From: the human T2T-CHM13v2.0 reference genome, Homo sapiens
Direction: 5' to 3' (one strand)
Assembly (NCBI RefSeq): GCF_009914755.1
Contig: NC_060939.1
Length of the DNA: 64,000 bases
Shown: piece after piece, positions 30,642-44,441 of the stretch
Position numbering within the stretch: the stretch's first letter is position 1
How the letters are laid out: each line of letters starts with the position of its first letter
Made by a program: the position numbers and the translations under genes
Notes under the pieces: model-generated
What the model saw: only the letters and a program-made list of their open reading frames with translations
Databases searched by the model: none
Told to the model about the DNA's origin: nothing

Positions 30642-30944
30642 ATTGCCTTTGTATGTTGTTGCTATTCAGAATGTCAATTCTGCATTGGTTTGGAATAATG
30701 GGAAAGCTGAGGAAAGTGATGGAATGTTGGCTGGTGGATGGCTGTCTCACTAAAGCCCATTGCTCTGGGAGCAGGGAGAGGCAATGAGAGGCTATAGCCT
30801 TGTCAGATAACATTCATAAAAAAAAATCTAGCTGTAGTGAGTTCTTTTAATTTATTTATAGTGGTATGTTTCTTGAGCTTCTCTGCCATGATCCTGTATG
30901 CATTCCCAAACCAACCCTATGCTGAACTGAAACCACTTTTTAGC

Positions 30945-31920
30945 TCTTAGAATAGTGATTCTGGGTCAGACTGCCTGGTGTGAATCCTTACTAGACCGGG
31001 ATCTCCCAGAAACAGTCTCCCTTTCCTCATGTAAAATGTCCACAATAAAAGTATCTATCTCATAGGATTGTATTGAGTTTTTAATGAGATAATTCAAAGC
31101 ACTTAACAAAGGTCCTGGTACAAAGAAGTGTTCTGAAAAATATTAGTTATTACTATTGGCAAGTCTCATATATTGTATTGTGCCATTGTTTTATACTGTC
31201 ATTTAAAACATATTATTGTAGGGGTCCAGGGAGGGAACCAGAATATTGCTGAGGTCTCCTCCAGGGATGCTATTTAATATTTTACATGATTATGCTTTCT
31301 TTCCCACACAGATATGAGGACAGGGACCTTGTTGTCTGTTCTGTTTGTCTGTTTTTCAAATCCTCCCCTGCACCAAGCAGTGTTTTACACATATTAGGTA
31401 TTAAGGACAGGACTGATTTGTCCCCTCCTCTGTCTAGTCTCTGCTCTGAAGCTATATAGACTGATGTTGAGTTTTGAAGTGAAGTAATGATTTTGCTGGC
31501 TCCTAGTAGGCCTAGTTGCACAGGATACCCTCTCCATGGGCCATCTGATAGGATTTACCTAGTGAAATGCTGGTACTACTGGATTCCTGTTGCAGCCTTG
31601 CCACTAACTAACTAGTGTTTCCAAGAGCAGGTTACTCTGTCTCACTCATTCTCATTTTTCTGTTTTATGAATGGGGGAAGCAAGATGGAGAGGCAATCTG
31701 GTGTGCTGGGAGGGGCTTGGAGCTGAGTAGATCAAAGTTTGGGTCCTATCTGCTATTTTGCAGTTACTGAACCCTAGGTAAGCAAATTACATTTCAGATC
31801 CGGTGTTCCCTCTTTTGTCAAGTCAAGATAATGATGCCTACTAGATAAGGGTGCTATGGAGAATACAGATAATATATTAACATTGCTGGCACATAATGGG
31901 TACCTAATAAGGTTCTTACC
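30945..31920 (+). mobile_element. Cluster of MIR and L2 fragments
   Basis: MIR cores at ~30950-31155, ~31560-31680 and ~31690-31920; L2 tail at ~31300-31400. Confidence 0.6.
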
Positions 31921-32599
31921 TTCCTGAAAAATGAATTAGTGTTAAAAATCTCTCATTTCCTTCTTCACACTTATGCTTTTAGAAAAGAATCTGATTTGGC
32001 TCCTTTTACATCCTAGTGTAAGTGAGTAATAGGATTTAATGTTCATTTTCAAATTGTTAGAGAACTCCAGTGAGTTTCAGAGGGGTTCTAAGCATTTAAT
32101 TTGCATTTGATTTTTAATGATAAATATTTAAGCATTTTAAGTATAATAAAGAAGAATACCTACATATTTCAATTGATGCCAAATTTTAATGCATTTGATC
32201 ATTTGATCGTCAGTGGGTTAATTTGTGCTTTCAGGCTTACTCTGAGTGTGTGTGTGTACATTTGAATTTCCCATAAAGGTGTTTTTTATTAGATAGGGTG
32301 TAGCTTTGTACTAGTCATATTTTGAAATTCAGATCTGCTCATATACACTCCTGTAATAATCATACAAATAAATAAGCAAAGATTAAATAAGCTAATATGT
32401 GTGAAGGTCATAAAGCAGTGCCTGACTCCTCGTAATCATTCAAGAAACATTAATTGGTATTAGTATTAGAACACATGTGTGCTACTATCAATTAAAAGCC
32501 AGGAAAGTTCTCTGGTGCATACTTTTGGCACAGCATAATAGTCAAGTATACAATTACAATAATATAGCCATATCATGATAGTGTAGCATCACAGATTGT

Positions 32600-33445
32600 T
32601 TCACTGCTCGATTTAAGTTTGGGTTGGTTCTTACATGATTTGAAATGAGCTATACAATCTTTGACAGTGCAAGGTTGCAATGTTATTCTGTTTACAACTG
32701 CAGATAAAAGTCAACAATGAAGCATAATGTCAAAATTTGGACTCAACATGCAAAACAAAATTAGATTTTTTTGAAACTCAGTGACTGTCTGAAAGAGAAG
32801 GGTGGCGAGATATCTGAAAAGAAATTTAAATGGGATGTGATAGAACATCCTAAAATGTTACATGACACATTTGAAAAATATTTTTGGTAATTTAGCTCTT
32901 CAATTGTAGTAGCATTTATTAAGTTTGCCAGACACAGTGTTTTATGTACACTATCTTATTTAACCCTTACACCTCTAAGTAGGTGCCATTTTTATAATCA
33001 TTTTATAGATAAGGAAACTGAGACTAAGATTAAGCTACTTGCCTGAGGTTGTGTGGTAAGCAAGGGGAGTCAGGATTCAAATTAATTATGAAATCTATTT
33101 GTCAAATATCCCCCAATTGACTACTTACCAACTAATCCTTAATTATTAAGGAATGTAAGCAGTTGGTAGATATTGTTAGTCATTCTATTTTGAAACAAAA
33201 AATTTCTACTATTTTAAAGTTTCTGGATCATTTTAATTGAACTAAATTCTGAGATTATAACTACCATAACAAATTGTTAGCTATTTGAAATTACTTATTT
33301 GTTAACATCTGGATTTTCTACATCTTGTGCAGGCAAAATAAAATATATAAACAAATTGTATTCTGTGATAGATGTAAGACTGCAGTTATTTATAACTCTT
33401 GATTTCATAATTTGTCTTCATCAAAACAGCCTTATTGTTTCCAGT
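32600..33445 (+). mobile_element. Degenerate hAT-Charlie transposase C-terminus, split by a MIR (~32905-33080, -)
   Basis: Conceptual peptides QGCNVILFTTADK, IEHPKMLHDTFEKYF, QLVDIV and TYLLTSGFSTSCAGKIKYINKL..DVRLQL resemble the Charlie/ZBED5 hATC motif TYLCExGFS...KTKYRxxL..xMRxxLS. Confidence 0.7.
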
Positions 33446-33469
33446 GTTGGTTTATATTGCTATAACCAG

Positions 33470-33640
33470 AAATATATAATATAAATACATATATAGTAAA
33501 TATATAATATAAATATTTATATAATATATAATGTAAGCACATACTATATTTAAGTAACAATTATATACATATAGGTACATAATACTATATGCAATTGTTA
33601 CTTATATATGTTTTGACATACACAATTATACTAAATTCTT
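33470..33640. repeat. AT-rich low-complexity tract
   Basis: (TA)/(TAA)-rich run. Confidence 0.8.
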
Positions 33641-34081
33641 ATAAAATTTGCATTTACTTATTTATCAGCATCTATTTAAGGTTGCATTTGAAAAACTTGT
33701 TCTACTGCTGAAAATAAATTTGCAAATCTTTGGCATCAAGTATTACCTCTCCCATGGGTATTTATTTTTTAACAAGAGCAAATCCGCTACTTAATTAAAA
33801 CAAAGGAGTTAGGCTCTATTAAGGGATTTCAAGCATGAGTGGACAGAGAGAAGAGGGATTTGGGGGAATCCAGGAAGAGAGCCTTTGCACTGCTCTGAAA
33901 TCATTCCAGGTCAGCAGCCACCTGCTAACAGGACTAGGCCTGCTCCCCTATGATATACTTTTACTTTGTGCCTTTTCACTTTATGACTTGGGCCTTGAAC
34001 TTGAGTATTTGTTTGATTACATACTGAGAGATAGTGTTTCTAACCTCAAAATTAATTCCACTTTGAAAAGCCAAATTTAGG

Positions 34082-34227
34082 TAGACACAGAGACCTGTGT
34101 CACATCTATGGTAGGTTTAGGGTACAGGGGTCCATGGGTAGAACTGTATTTCAATAGACAGAGGGAACTGTGTCACACCTATGATAGGTTTAGGGTACAG
34201 GGGTCTATGGGTAGAACTGTATTTCAG
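34082..34227 (+). repeat. 73-bp tandem duplication (2 copies)
   Basis: 34082-34154 versus 34155-34227, both tagaca...ctgtgtcaca.ctatg.taggtttagggtacaggggtc.atgggtagaactgtatttca. Confidence 0.9.
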
Positions 34228-34346
34228 TATAATAGGTTCCCATGTATTTTATTTAATCCATTTATAAAACATTATTCTGAGAAGGGGTCTGTAGGCTTCA
34301 CCAGATTGCCAAAGGGGTTCACGACGTCCCAAAAGTTAGAGCCGTG
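34197..34346 (+). mobile_element. Charlie4z-like hAT element
   Basis: aaaacattattctgagaaggggtctgtaggcttcaccagattgccaaaggggttcac. Confidence 0.75.
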
Positions 34347-36574
34347 ATAGATCTTTTCTTTCACGCAAAAATCCAGTGTGGGACAAAGTATGCATCAGAA
34401 CAGAGAAATATCCTAAAAACCCTGTATTCTTTATGGGTGAAATATCCACTTCTCTTAGTTGATGGTGCCAAAAATCTATGGAAAAGTGGATACGTCTAGA
34501 CTACCAGCCCAGATTTTTATAAGAATTACATCTTCTTGAGTTAAAATATAAAATTTATGCTTTTGCCTAATTACTGTTGCTTTTCTGTTGCAAGGAGGAA
34601 AATAGAGCAGCTACGAAAGTGGTAATGCTTGCAATAATATAGTAAGTGTTCTGTTTAAAACGAAGCAAAGGAAAAATACTTCAGCAAGTAGTGTGATAGC
34701 ATTAGCCACAAGAGAAATGGGACTAATAGGATTGTTTTTATCATGGTCCAGGTTAATTATCTACTGAGAGGTTCTTGAGATGAATAAATACTATTGCTGT
34801 GTTCTCCAGTATTCTAACCCATTGTACCTTAAACTGTACTTGAATTCAAGTATACATTCCTAGACTTTTAAAACCTCCTTGGTAGAATAGAAGTAAGTAC
34901 CCATAGACTAGAGTGATTCGCCCTACATTTTCTTTAAAAGCATTGCCTCTGAATTATACTACAGAATGTGTAAAGTAAACCCAGAAGATACTTACTTAGA
35001 GGAGATTCCTCTCATTAGGCCATAAAGTTTGGGCAATATGACCTGAAAATACCAGATTTATATAATTGATTATTTATATTAAAAGATTATATAATCTTCA
35101 CAATAGCCTGAAAAATAAATCAGTTTATGGTTGGCAACTAAGAGGTCTGAAAACAGCCATGCATGCTTTAGTAGAAAGAGCCGTAGATGGAGAATCAGAG
35201 GACTTGGGTTTTCAATCCTGCTCTCAATTCTGGTGCTGTAAACCAAGTTAACATAGGTATAACACTTAGTCTCTAAAGACAAATTCTTTATCTACATACT
35301 GAAAAGATAAATTGGCTACTTCAGAATCATCGTCAGGGCCACAGTCCTGGTTATGTGACTCCCAGATTAATGCTCATTTGGTTCCTTGTGGAACCACTAG
35401 TCTCTCAAGGATCAATGTAATTGATGGATGGAGGCAAGCCTTAAGATAGGCCTTAGAGGAACTGATGGGCAAGACTAAAGGAGAGGTGTTGTGCATTTTA
35501 AGTACCAGAAGCAATACAAGCAAAGGCAGAGGTAGAGAATAGTGAGAGTAACGGAGGATGGCTTAGAGCTTTGCCTAATCAAGTTGTAGAAACCAAAAGA
35601 TGTGGTTGGCTGTGGAGGCCAGTTGATGGATGGCCTTGAATGGGCCACTGAAATCCAACTGTGTGATTTTCAGTCAGGATCATAGAAGGCAGGGCTTAAT
35701 GCAGACAGCTTCTGAAATTAGATCACTTCTCCAGCTGCTTTAACTGAAGGGCAACTTTAGAATTCTTTAGAATGATCTCTATCCCTTGATGTCCTCATTA
35801 GTTATTAAACTTTATTTCCTCTCCCTTTGGCTATAAAGCAATAGTACTTTTTTGAATAACATTATCTCCTGAACTTGTTAGATGATCATAAAACTGCCTA
35901 AGTAGAGTTCTGCAGGCAGCACCTTCCCCTGACCATTTACATACAACTCTCTGTCCCTTTCATATAAATGGCCACTCAGAACTGGCCAATCTAACTGGAT
36001 GGCTGGGATTTCCTCTCAGTCGCTCTTACTTTCTGTCCTAATGCTGTATGCCCCACTACTACTTACAATTCTGCCTGTAACCTCATCCCTGATCCCTACT
36101 TCTCACCCCTCTCTCCAACATTAGATAAAAGCAGGACTTGTTGGGCAAGAGAAGTGGTGGCAAGAGAAAAGGATAGAGAGTAGGAATGGTTGATTCCTCA
36201 CACTTTCTGACCCCCATCCCCCACCCAACTCTCCTATTGCCACTTCCCAGCCTCAGCACTGGACAGTATGAGCCTCCTCTCCCACTCTCACCCTCTCCCC
36301 AACTCCCTTGTCTTCCCAATCTAATAATGCACAGAAATGCCCAAGAGACTATCTTAATCCAAATGTTTTCTGAAAGATGGGTGTGTTTCCAAACTTATCA
36401 TCTCTTTGTGCTAAATGAAAAAAAAAAAAAAAAGGAAAAGTGGTGTTCATGGAACAGGCTTTTTACTTCCTGACATTTTTTTCTTTTATATAAGCAGTAA
36501 AAACCCTTAGAAAATGTCCAAATTGTTCTTATTTAAAATAGGAGTCACAACATAGTTGTATTGGGTCAGGCAGA

Positions 36575-36848
36575 TAATAAGTTACTGAAATGACTGAGTG
36601 TAAAGGCTAGGTCCACATTACTGGAGTGCTGAACTGAGGACACAGGCCTTCCCTCCAGGAGGTAGCCACCTTAGCTCTAGCCTTTTGTGGCTGGGTTTCC
36701 AAAAGAAGCTGGAAAGTCATGCTTATATTTTTTGTGAAATCTAATTTTTAAATGTGTGATCAGATAATTTTCTTAAACCCTGTGTAGTTCGAAGAAAATA
36801 TTCTTTAGGCTATTCCTGTCTTGCAAGTCAACAATTTAAATCCTCTGG
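36575..36848. mobile_element. MER102-like hAT element
   Basis: ccaaaagaagctggaaag...tttttgtgaaatct...tttttaaatgt motif order. Confidence 0.5.
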
Positions 36849-37384
36849 TTCAGAAACAGGAAGAGGTATGGTTTTAGGTATGATAATATTGATGTCTTAT
36901 AGGCAGCTGGCTGTCAACTTAGAGCCCATTAGTCTGCTAATACCTTAGTGAAGCCCAAGATCTAACCCTTGACTTTATAGGATTAGAGATTTGATTTTGT
37001 TAGAGTCAGTCAATCTCTTGGGTACAGCTGAACTCATAAGAGACTGATGTACAAACTGAAATGCCACTTTATGTATTCTGAGGAGAGCTATCATGGTCAA
37101 ACAGACCTGAATGTTCAAATCAGCCTGATCTGATGAGCATATTTTCTCCTTATTAGAAAGCTACACAGAATCCAGTTAGAAGGCTGCTTAGTGAACAGGG
37201 AAACCGACTAAGGTAATTAGTTGGACAGTCTTCTTGGTGAGCAGCAGAATCACACTTTTATAGTCTGATGCACCCATATGTGAAGCTACATTTGCCAAAA
37301 GGATATGAATACATCCCTGTAAAGTGAGTGTTTTATGGATACTGAGAAATTCTGACTCTCCAATTCAACTTTTTATAATAAATA

Positions 37385-37600
37385 TTAATAGCTACTATCT
37401 GCTTGGGGTTGACTATGTGCATTATGTTATATCACATTAATCCCCGTGGAATGAGTGATATTATCTCCATCTTACTGGTAACGAAACTTCAGTATAGAGA
37501 AATTAAGTTACTTTCTCCAGTCATTCAATTAGTAAGTGATAGAACTCAGAATCAGGCTCTATCTGATATTAGAGCCTGTGTTCTTAATCATTGCCTTCCT
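37385..37600 (-). mobile_element. MIR
   Basis: gaaacttcagtatagagaaattaagttactttctccagtcattcaattagtaagtg. Confidence 0.7.
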
Positions 37601-38504
37601 TTTTACTACTTTCCTGCTATGAAATACCACTCGCCTTCAGCTGATGTCTTATGTCTTTGATAACACCAATTAGACTACATTCCCTTTTTGAATCTTTTAA
37701 GTCAGCTTCTGCATGGATCTGTCCACATTGATCATGTATCTGTTTTTCTAGTTTAACACTCCCATTTGGGGTAAGGGGTGGCACATCTCCTTGTCACTAG
37801 TTTATACGTCCTATCTGAGTAATTATACTATCCAGAGGATGAGAGAAACCCTGCCTGGAACAAACAGAATGTATCAGGAGGAGAAAGAGAAAAATAAGGA
37901 GATTCCTTATCTCCTCATCTTCCCAAAGCCACCAGGAGTTACTTTTAGAGAAAAATAATTCTCCTTTCTCCTTGTGTAGCTGGTGAGAGGCCCAGATACG
38001 TCTAATGGTTGGGCTCAGATGTACTAATACGTTATATGAGCTTGCCTGGGGACCTAACCACTTTAAGATTGTTCCTAAGAAAACTCAATTTTCTGAGTTC
38101 CAAAATGCCCTTTTCCATTTCTCACTTAAGATGGGGCTGACCCTTATAGAAGATTATCAGGAGGAGTTGTATAGTGAAAACAGTGACCCAAGAGAGCACT
38201 AGCATTGTCTTCTCCACTCATTTAAAAGTTTACTCCATATCTAATACTGGGTTAGTTTAACATAACCATAATTTTGGGCAGGAGGTTTTACTTTTTAAGA
38301 TAAGGATTTTCAAACTGTAACCATTTTACTTGTGGAATTATGTCATCTAATTTATGGAATTAGCATTTAATCTAAACATTTACATCCCAGGGAAAGTACC
38401 TATCACCAACTTTCTACCATCTTGGGTTTAGTATTCCATTTATCCATAGTTTAAAGTGTAGATACTGGACTTTAATAGAAGGGAATATAAATTAAAATTT
38501 AGCT

Positions 38505-38775
38505 ATAAAGCAATAGCTAACATTTCTGAGGGCTTCTCTGAGTTGGGCATGGTGTTAAGTACACTTTACATGGATCATCTCATGTAATCTTCACAGTAAC
38601 CCTAAGAGGTAAGTACTATTCCTACTTTCATTTTACATTTGGGGAAACTGAGGCAAAAAAGCAGTTAAATAAAATTCACCCAAAGTCATACAAGCTAAAA
38701 GTCAAAGGATCATAATTCAAACTCAACCAGTCGGACTTTCAACGTAGCATTCTTTATCCTTTTCTATACTACCTT
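38505..38775 (-). mobile_element. MIRb
   Basis: aatcttcacagtaaccctaagaggtaagtactatt...ggaaactgaggc. Confidence 0.8.
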
Positions 38776-39130
38776 CCAGGTAGCTTTGAGGGTGGTGATT
38801 TTGACCTGCATTTGAGGGACAGATCTGGGCCCAGTCAAAGATTGCTTTCTTAATGACCAAGGAATTCAATGAGGAAATTTCTCTGCCCCAATCTGAGGCA
38901 GAAGTAAAAGATCAGAGTATTTAATAAAAGGCTGTGTTAACTCAAGGACTAGAACAAGAAGATGAGCTAGTACTTTTAAGATGAAAACTTCCCCAACTAC
39001 GTTCATATCTCTAACTTCAGATGTAATGTCCAACCTTGTCAGAATGCCATATAAATTTGCATTTATTTGTGTGTGACTTTGAATAATACCTTGTTAAAGA
39101 CCTGTATAATTGAGTGAGAACTATGTTAAG

Positions 39131-39435
39131 TTTTTCTTTTTCTTTTTTATTTTTATTTTTTTGAGATGGAGTCTCACTCTGTAGCCCAGGCTGGCGTGAT
39201 CTCAGCTTGCTGCAACCTCCACCTCCTAGGTTCAAGTGATTCTGCTGCCTCAGCCTCCCGGGTAGCTGGGATTACAGGTGCACACCACCATGCCCAGCTA
39301 ATTTCTGTATTTTTTAAGTAGAGATAGGGTTTCACCATGTTGGCCAGGCTGGTCTCGAACTCCTGACCTCAAATGATCTGCCTGCCTCAGCCTCCCAAAG
39401 TGCTGGTATTACAAGTGTGACCATCACACCTGGCC
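39131..39435 (-). mobile_element. AluS with ~10-bp deletion (AGTGCAGTGG missing)
   Basis: cccaggctgg|cgtgatctc. Confidence 0.9.
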
Positions 39436-40239
39436 AGCCCTCTTTTTGTCCATGATAATGTCTATCCAGCTCTTTTAAGGTAGAATTAATTTTCTCTTGC
39501 CTAGGCCATCATAGCATGCTTTTAAAGCATTCATATGGTATACCTTGAATTGAAAAGGGACTTCGTATCTTTTCCTCTTGTTAGATCTCCTGGAAGGCAA
39601 GAGCCATATTTTTTTCACTTAAATATCTTCTAGGGTACCTTACAAAATGCATTATGCATAGAAGGTACTCAATAAATGATTAATTTAATTCAATAAAATG
39701 TAATTGAATGAAGAGGAAGGATTCTGTAGAGAAGTGACAGGGCAGGGAGGGTCTGTCTAGTTTCATGGGCATGGTTTTGAGCCATATTTCTCTCATCTCT
39801 CCATCTCCTTCTTCCCACCCCCAAGCCCTACACACGGCTTCCCTTAGGTGATTGTAGCACAATCCTAGGACTTATGTTTTGGAAGTGAACCCAAGGCCCA
39901 GGTAGTCAACATAGCAGCTGGCTTTAGGAAGCAAACATGAAGCTTTGTTCACCCCCATGCCCAATTTTCTGATTGTAACACTTTTTTCACATTCTCATTG
40001 AAGAAAACTTGGAAAATACAAGGGTTGAAAGATAAAAAATTATGTAACCTCAGTCCCTCCACCTAGAGATAATTATTATGAACTTTTAAATGGATTTGTT
40101 TTCCATGTTTGGATGTATGATCTTTCTCCCTTCGTCCTTCTTGCCTTCCTTTCCTTCCTTCTCCCTTCCCTCCTTTTTGTTTCTCTCTTTCTCTTTCTTT
40201 CTCTTCTCCCTCTCCACAGTCCCCTCTCTAATGAGGAAC

Positions 40240-40870
40240 ACATGTACCTAGTAATAATCTTCACATAAAAAATGGGGGACCTATGTGAAGAAAACTCCAA
40301 AACTTTAATGAACAACATCAGAGAACACTTGAATAAATGGAAAGACATATCATATTCCTGAGAAGGAAAATGTTTATAAGTATGCCAGTTCTTCCCACAT
40401 TAATCTTTATGTCCAATGTAATTCCAATCAAAATTCCTATGGGTTTTATTTGGTTTGCATGGAATATTAATTTTTTCAACTTGCTAGTATTCATCATCTT
40501 GAAGAATAGGCAAAAGGCCTCTTTTTTTCCCCCTAAAGAAGATTAATGAAGGTGAACTTTTCATACCACTTATTAAAACATATAATAAAATTACAATAAT
40601 TATTTCCATGGGTAGAAAAATTGATAGATCAATGGAATAAAAAACTCAGCGTAGATATTGCCCTTAGTGTAAGAAATAACTTGGAATGTAATAAAGGTGA
40701 CACTGTAAGTCAATGGGAAAGGGAGGACTTGTTAGATGAATGGTGCCAAGTCACTTGGCTAATGATTTAGGGGAAGAAAATTAGATTAAATCCTATCCTT
40801 GCACTCTATACAAAGAAAACTCCGGATGGGTTAGGCTGAAGTAAGATGTTTGAAAAAGAAGAAATAAAGA
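40240..40870 (+). mobile_element. Very old L1ME ORF2 fragment after a CT-rich tract (40120-40230)
   Basis: ttgaataaatggaaagacatatcatattc...aatgtaattccaatcaaaattcc. Confidence 0.65.
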
Positions 40871-40875
40871 AATTA

Positions 40876-41202
<327 letters not shown>

Positions 41203-42696
41203 TCATATAATATTGACAATCCTCATTACAAGAAAAGTCCATGTTTATATTACGCTCCAATCCTAGATCTGGCACTAATTCCTAGGTGATATTCTTGGGG
41301 CAAATCACTTATATTTCATGGGCTTCAGTGTGTTTATTTGCCAATTTGAGATACTGGATCAAATCATCTCTAAGATCTCTTCTAGTTCTCACCATCCATA
41401 ATTCTGATCGAAGTCTGTTTCCTTTGGTTTCCTTCCTTCCTCATTTATGAACACCAACACGTGACATGTGAGACTGAAAAGTAGACCAGGTGAAACTGTT
41501 TTCTGTACTGATTGTGGAAATAAAGTTCACAGAAGGTATTGTTTTTTCAATTTATGCATTCAACAGAGCATTTGTTGAGTGCTTTCTATATATGCAACAA
41601 AATATGCAACCTGTCCTCATCACTTTTACTTGTTACTACTTTTAATACTCAGAGCATATTAGAGACATTGTCACTCCCAATTTCCGAGTCATATAATTTA
41701 CATATGGCTCTTTCAGAATTTGAAGATATATTTTATTTTGACAATCTGATTCAGAATCTAGAAAAATTATTTGAAGAGAAATTGTGAAAAAGGATAAACT
41801 CTTACACACATACATACACATACAATATTTAAATGATCGAATGAATATTCCTTAAAAATTGGCTTCATTACTAAATGAGTTAAATTTTTTTAATGGACCG
41901 TATTTGAGGTTAATCTCTTCATTGACTTCGGCAAAAATACCTGAACTGTAAGCGCTCCTAGCCTCCTTTCAGGTTTGCTTAGGCATCTCTTCCACAGACT
42001 TTACTGATACAGCATAGAAATTATGGCAAAGCCCAGTGGAGTCATTGAAGTAAAAGTCTCAATACTGCTCAGGAAGGGATGCCAAATTAAATAAAAAGAG
42101 CCCCAGCAGTTCTGCAGCTGCCTGCCAACCCAACTGCTGGGATGAGGTAAATGAGGACCAAACTTTATTTCACTTATGACCCCAGCCAGTATTTAAACAA
42201 AAATGCCTAGAGACTGGCACACTGCTCTGTAATAAGGAATAAAAAGCAATAGCAAAAATAATTATAATAAATGATAAACTCATTCCCAAAGTCTTTCTTA
42301 GATCTTAACTGAAACGACTACCATTTAAACTCATTTCTTCTCATGTGGTATCAAGTATACACATTTTTTCTTATGAAATGTAATAGTCATGTAAGTGAAA
42401 TGGACAGTACTTTATTCTCTAGTAATTACTTTTCCAGATTAAAATTTCTGTTGGAATGCCACAAATAAATATTATTAAATATAGTGAGAAAAAATAGCAA
42501 CAAAGAATCATTACATTTTTGTCAACCTGAATTCCTCAGAAAATTCTGGGTCCAGTGTGTCTCAAGCTCCTTCGAAGAAAAGTTTTATGTAAAATCAAGT
42601 TATCATTTGTCTTTTATTAATAGCTTTACAGAATGGGCTCCTATTAACAAATTATAGCTATATCATTGTTAGCTATGTGTTAATCCTTGGATCATT

Positions 42697-42986
42697 TTTT
42701 TCCCTAAAATGTAGCCCAAAGAATGCTGGTTCTTTGGAATGTTAATAGGTATTCCATGCAAAAAGAGTATTGTGGTCCCATAAAATTGGGAAACATGAGG
42801 TTAAAGATAGTCAGACTGATTTTTATACCATTAAGCCACCTGGAGTCACTAACACGCTGATGTGCCTTATGAATCTTTAAGAAGGGGGAATGCAGTTAGC
42901 AATGTTTCCCAAACTTCCTCAGAACCCCTTTCTGCAGAATAGCTCACAGAACTATATTCGGAGGAACACACTTTAGGAAATTTTGC
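42697..42986. mobile_element. MER112 (hAT-Charlie)
   Basis: atgttaataggtattcc...gtggtcccataaaattgggaaaca...tgtttcccaaactt...ggaacacactttaggaaa. Confidence 0.7.
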
Positions 42987-43346
42987 TTAAGTGCTGGATT
43001 TCATAACAATTTTAATGGAAAATTTTCTAGACTATATTACATACTTTCCTTCATTAGTCACATTTTACCATAAGTTACTGTTTTTTGGGGGGGATTGGGA
43101 CATCATAATAGCTCTACTTTATGTGATGCGCTGTATGGGGTCTGTGAGACATGCAGATGCCCACGCTTCAGATAGCTGCTATGTGTTCAAAATAGTATTT
43201 CTGCTGCAGTTTCCTCCAGTCATTTCTATTCACCACATTCTTTAAGTCTGTGTTCACAATCCCCCTTGTCACTGCTGCTGCTAGAACTACCCTTTTATCA
43301 TCCTAAAACCCCTTCCAGCTCTGCAAATTATGATCCCATGTATGCC

Positions 43347-43585
43347 TTTTCTTCCTTCCTTCCTTCTTTTCTTTTCTTTCTTTCCTTCCTTTCCTTCCTT
43401 CCTTCCTTTCTTTCTTTCTTTTTCTTTCTTTTTTCTTTCTTTCTTTTTCTTTCTTTCTTTCTTTCCTTCCTTCCTTCCTTTCTTTCCTTTCTTTCTCTCC
43501 CTTTCTTCCTCTCCCTTTCTTCCCCTCTCTCTCTTTCCTTTCCCTCTCTTCTCTTTCTTTTTCTTCTGTGTTCTCTCTTTTTCCT
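43347..43585 (+). repeat. (TTTC/TTCC)n polypyrimidine tract, ~240 bp
   Basis: Almost pure C/T run. Confidence 0.95.
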
Positions 43586-44441
43586 TAGGCCCTGCCTGTC
43601 CTGAGCTTTGGCAGCAGGGTGCCTTGGCTTTTATCAGAAGCCAAATGGCTACACTGTTTTCTCCAGGTTATTGAATCAACCAATCCCAGCTTTGCTTCCA
43701 CTCACACTTGGAAACTTTTCATTTAGTTCCCTTTCCATATTCATATCTGTCCTGTACAATATACTCTGTACCGTTTCAATCTTTTGAAATTGATTGAAAC
43801 TTATTTTATGGCCTAGGACATCATTTATGTTGGTGAATGTTACATGTGCATTTGAAAAGAATGTATATCCTACAATTGTTGGTTTGTGGTGTTCTATAAA
43901 TGTTAGGCCCAGGTAGCGGATGATGATTTTCAGCACATACTGATTTTTTAAAAATTAATTGTTCTACCAATTACTGAGAAGAGGCTTTTAAAATCATCAA
44001 CTCTAATTGAAGATTTGTCTATTTTTTCCTTTAGTTCTGACAATTTTTGTTTTACATATTTTGTGTTAATATTATTAGAGACATTCACATTTATTATTGT
44101 TGTGTTTTCCTGGTTATAAGAAACTTTCATCTGTTTAAGACTCTTTCATCAGTTTCATCTGTTTAAGAAAAATCTCTTTTCCTCTCTCATAGTTCTTTTT
44201 GTCTTAAAGTCTACTTTGATATTAATATAATTACTTCATCTCTATTTTGCTTACTGTTTGCATGGTATATCAGTCTTTTCTGTTGTTACTTTCAACCTGT
44301 GTCTTTAAAATTAAAATGCATTTCTTAGAGTAGCATTTAGTCATGTCCTGTTTTTTAAGTTCAGTCTGATAATCTCCGCTTTTTGAGTGTTTAGTTCATT
44401 TCCATTTAATGAAATTTAGATATGGTTTGATTTAGAACAAC

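Noticed and set aside
30599-30787. Poly-Val ORF
   Set aside because: Produced by the (GGT)n repeat.
43266-43674. Phe/Leu/Ser-rich 'membrane' ORFs
   Set aside because: Translation of the (TTTC)n tract.
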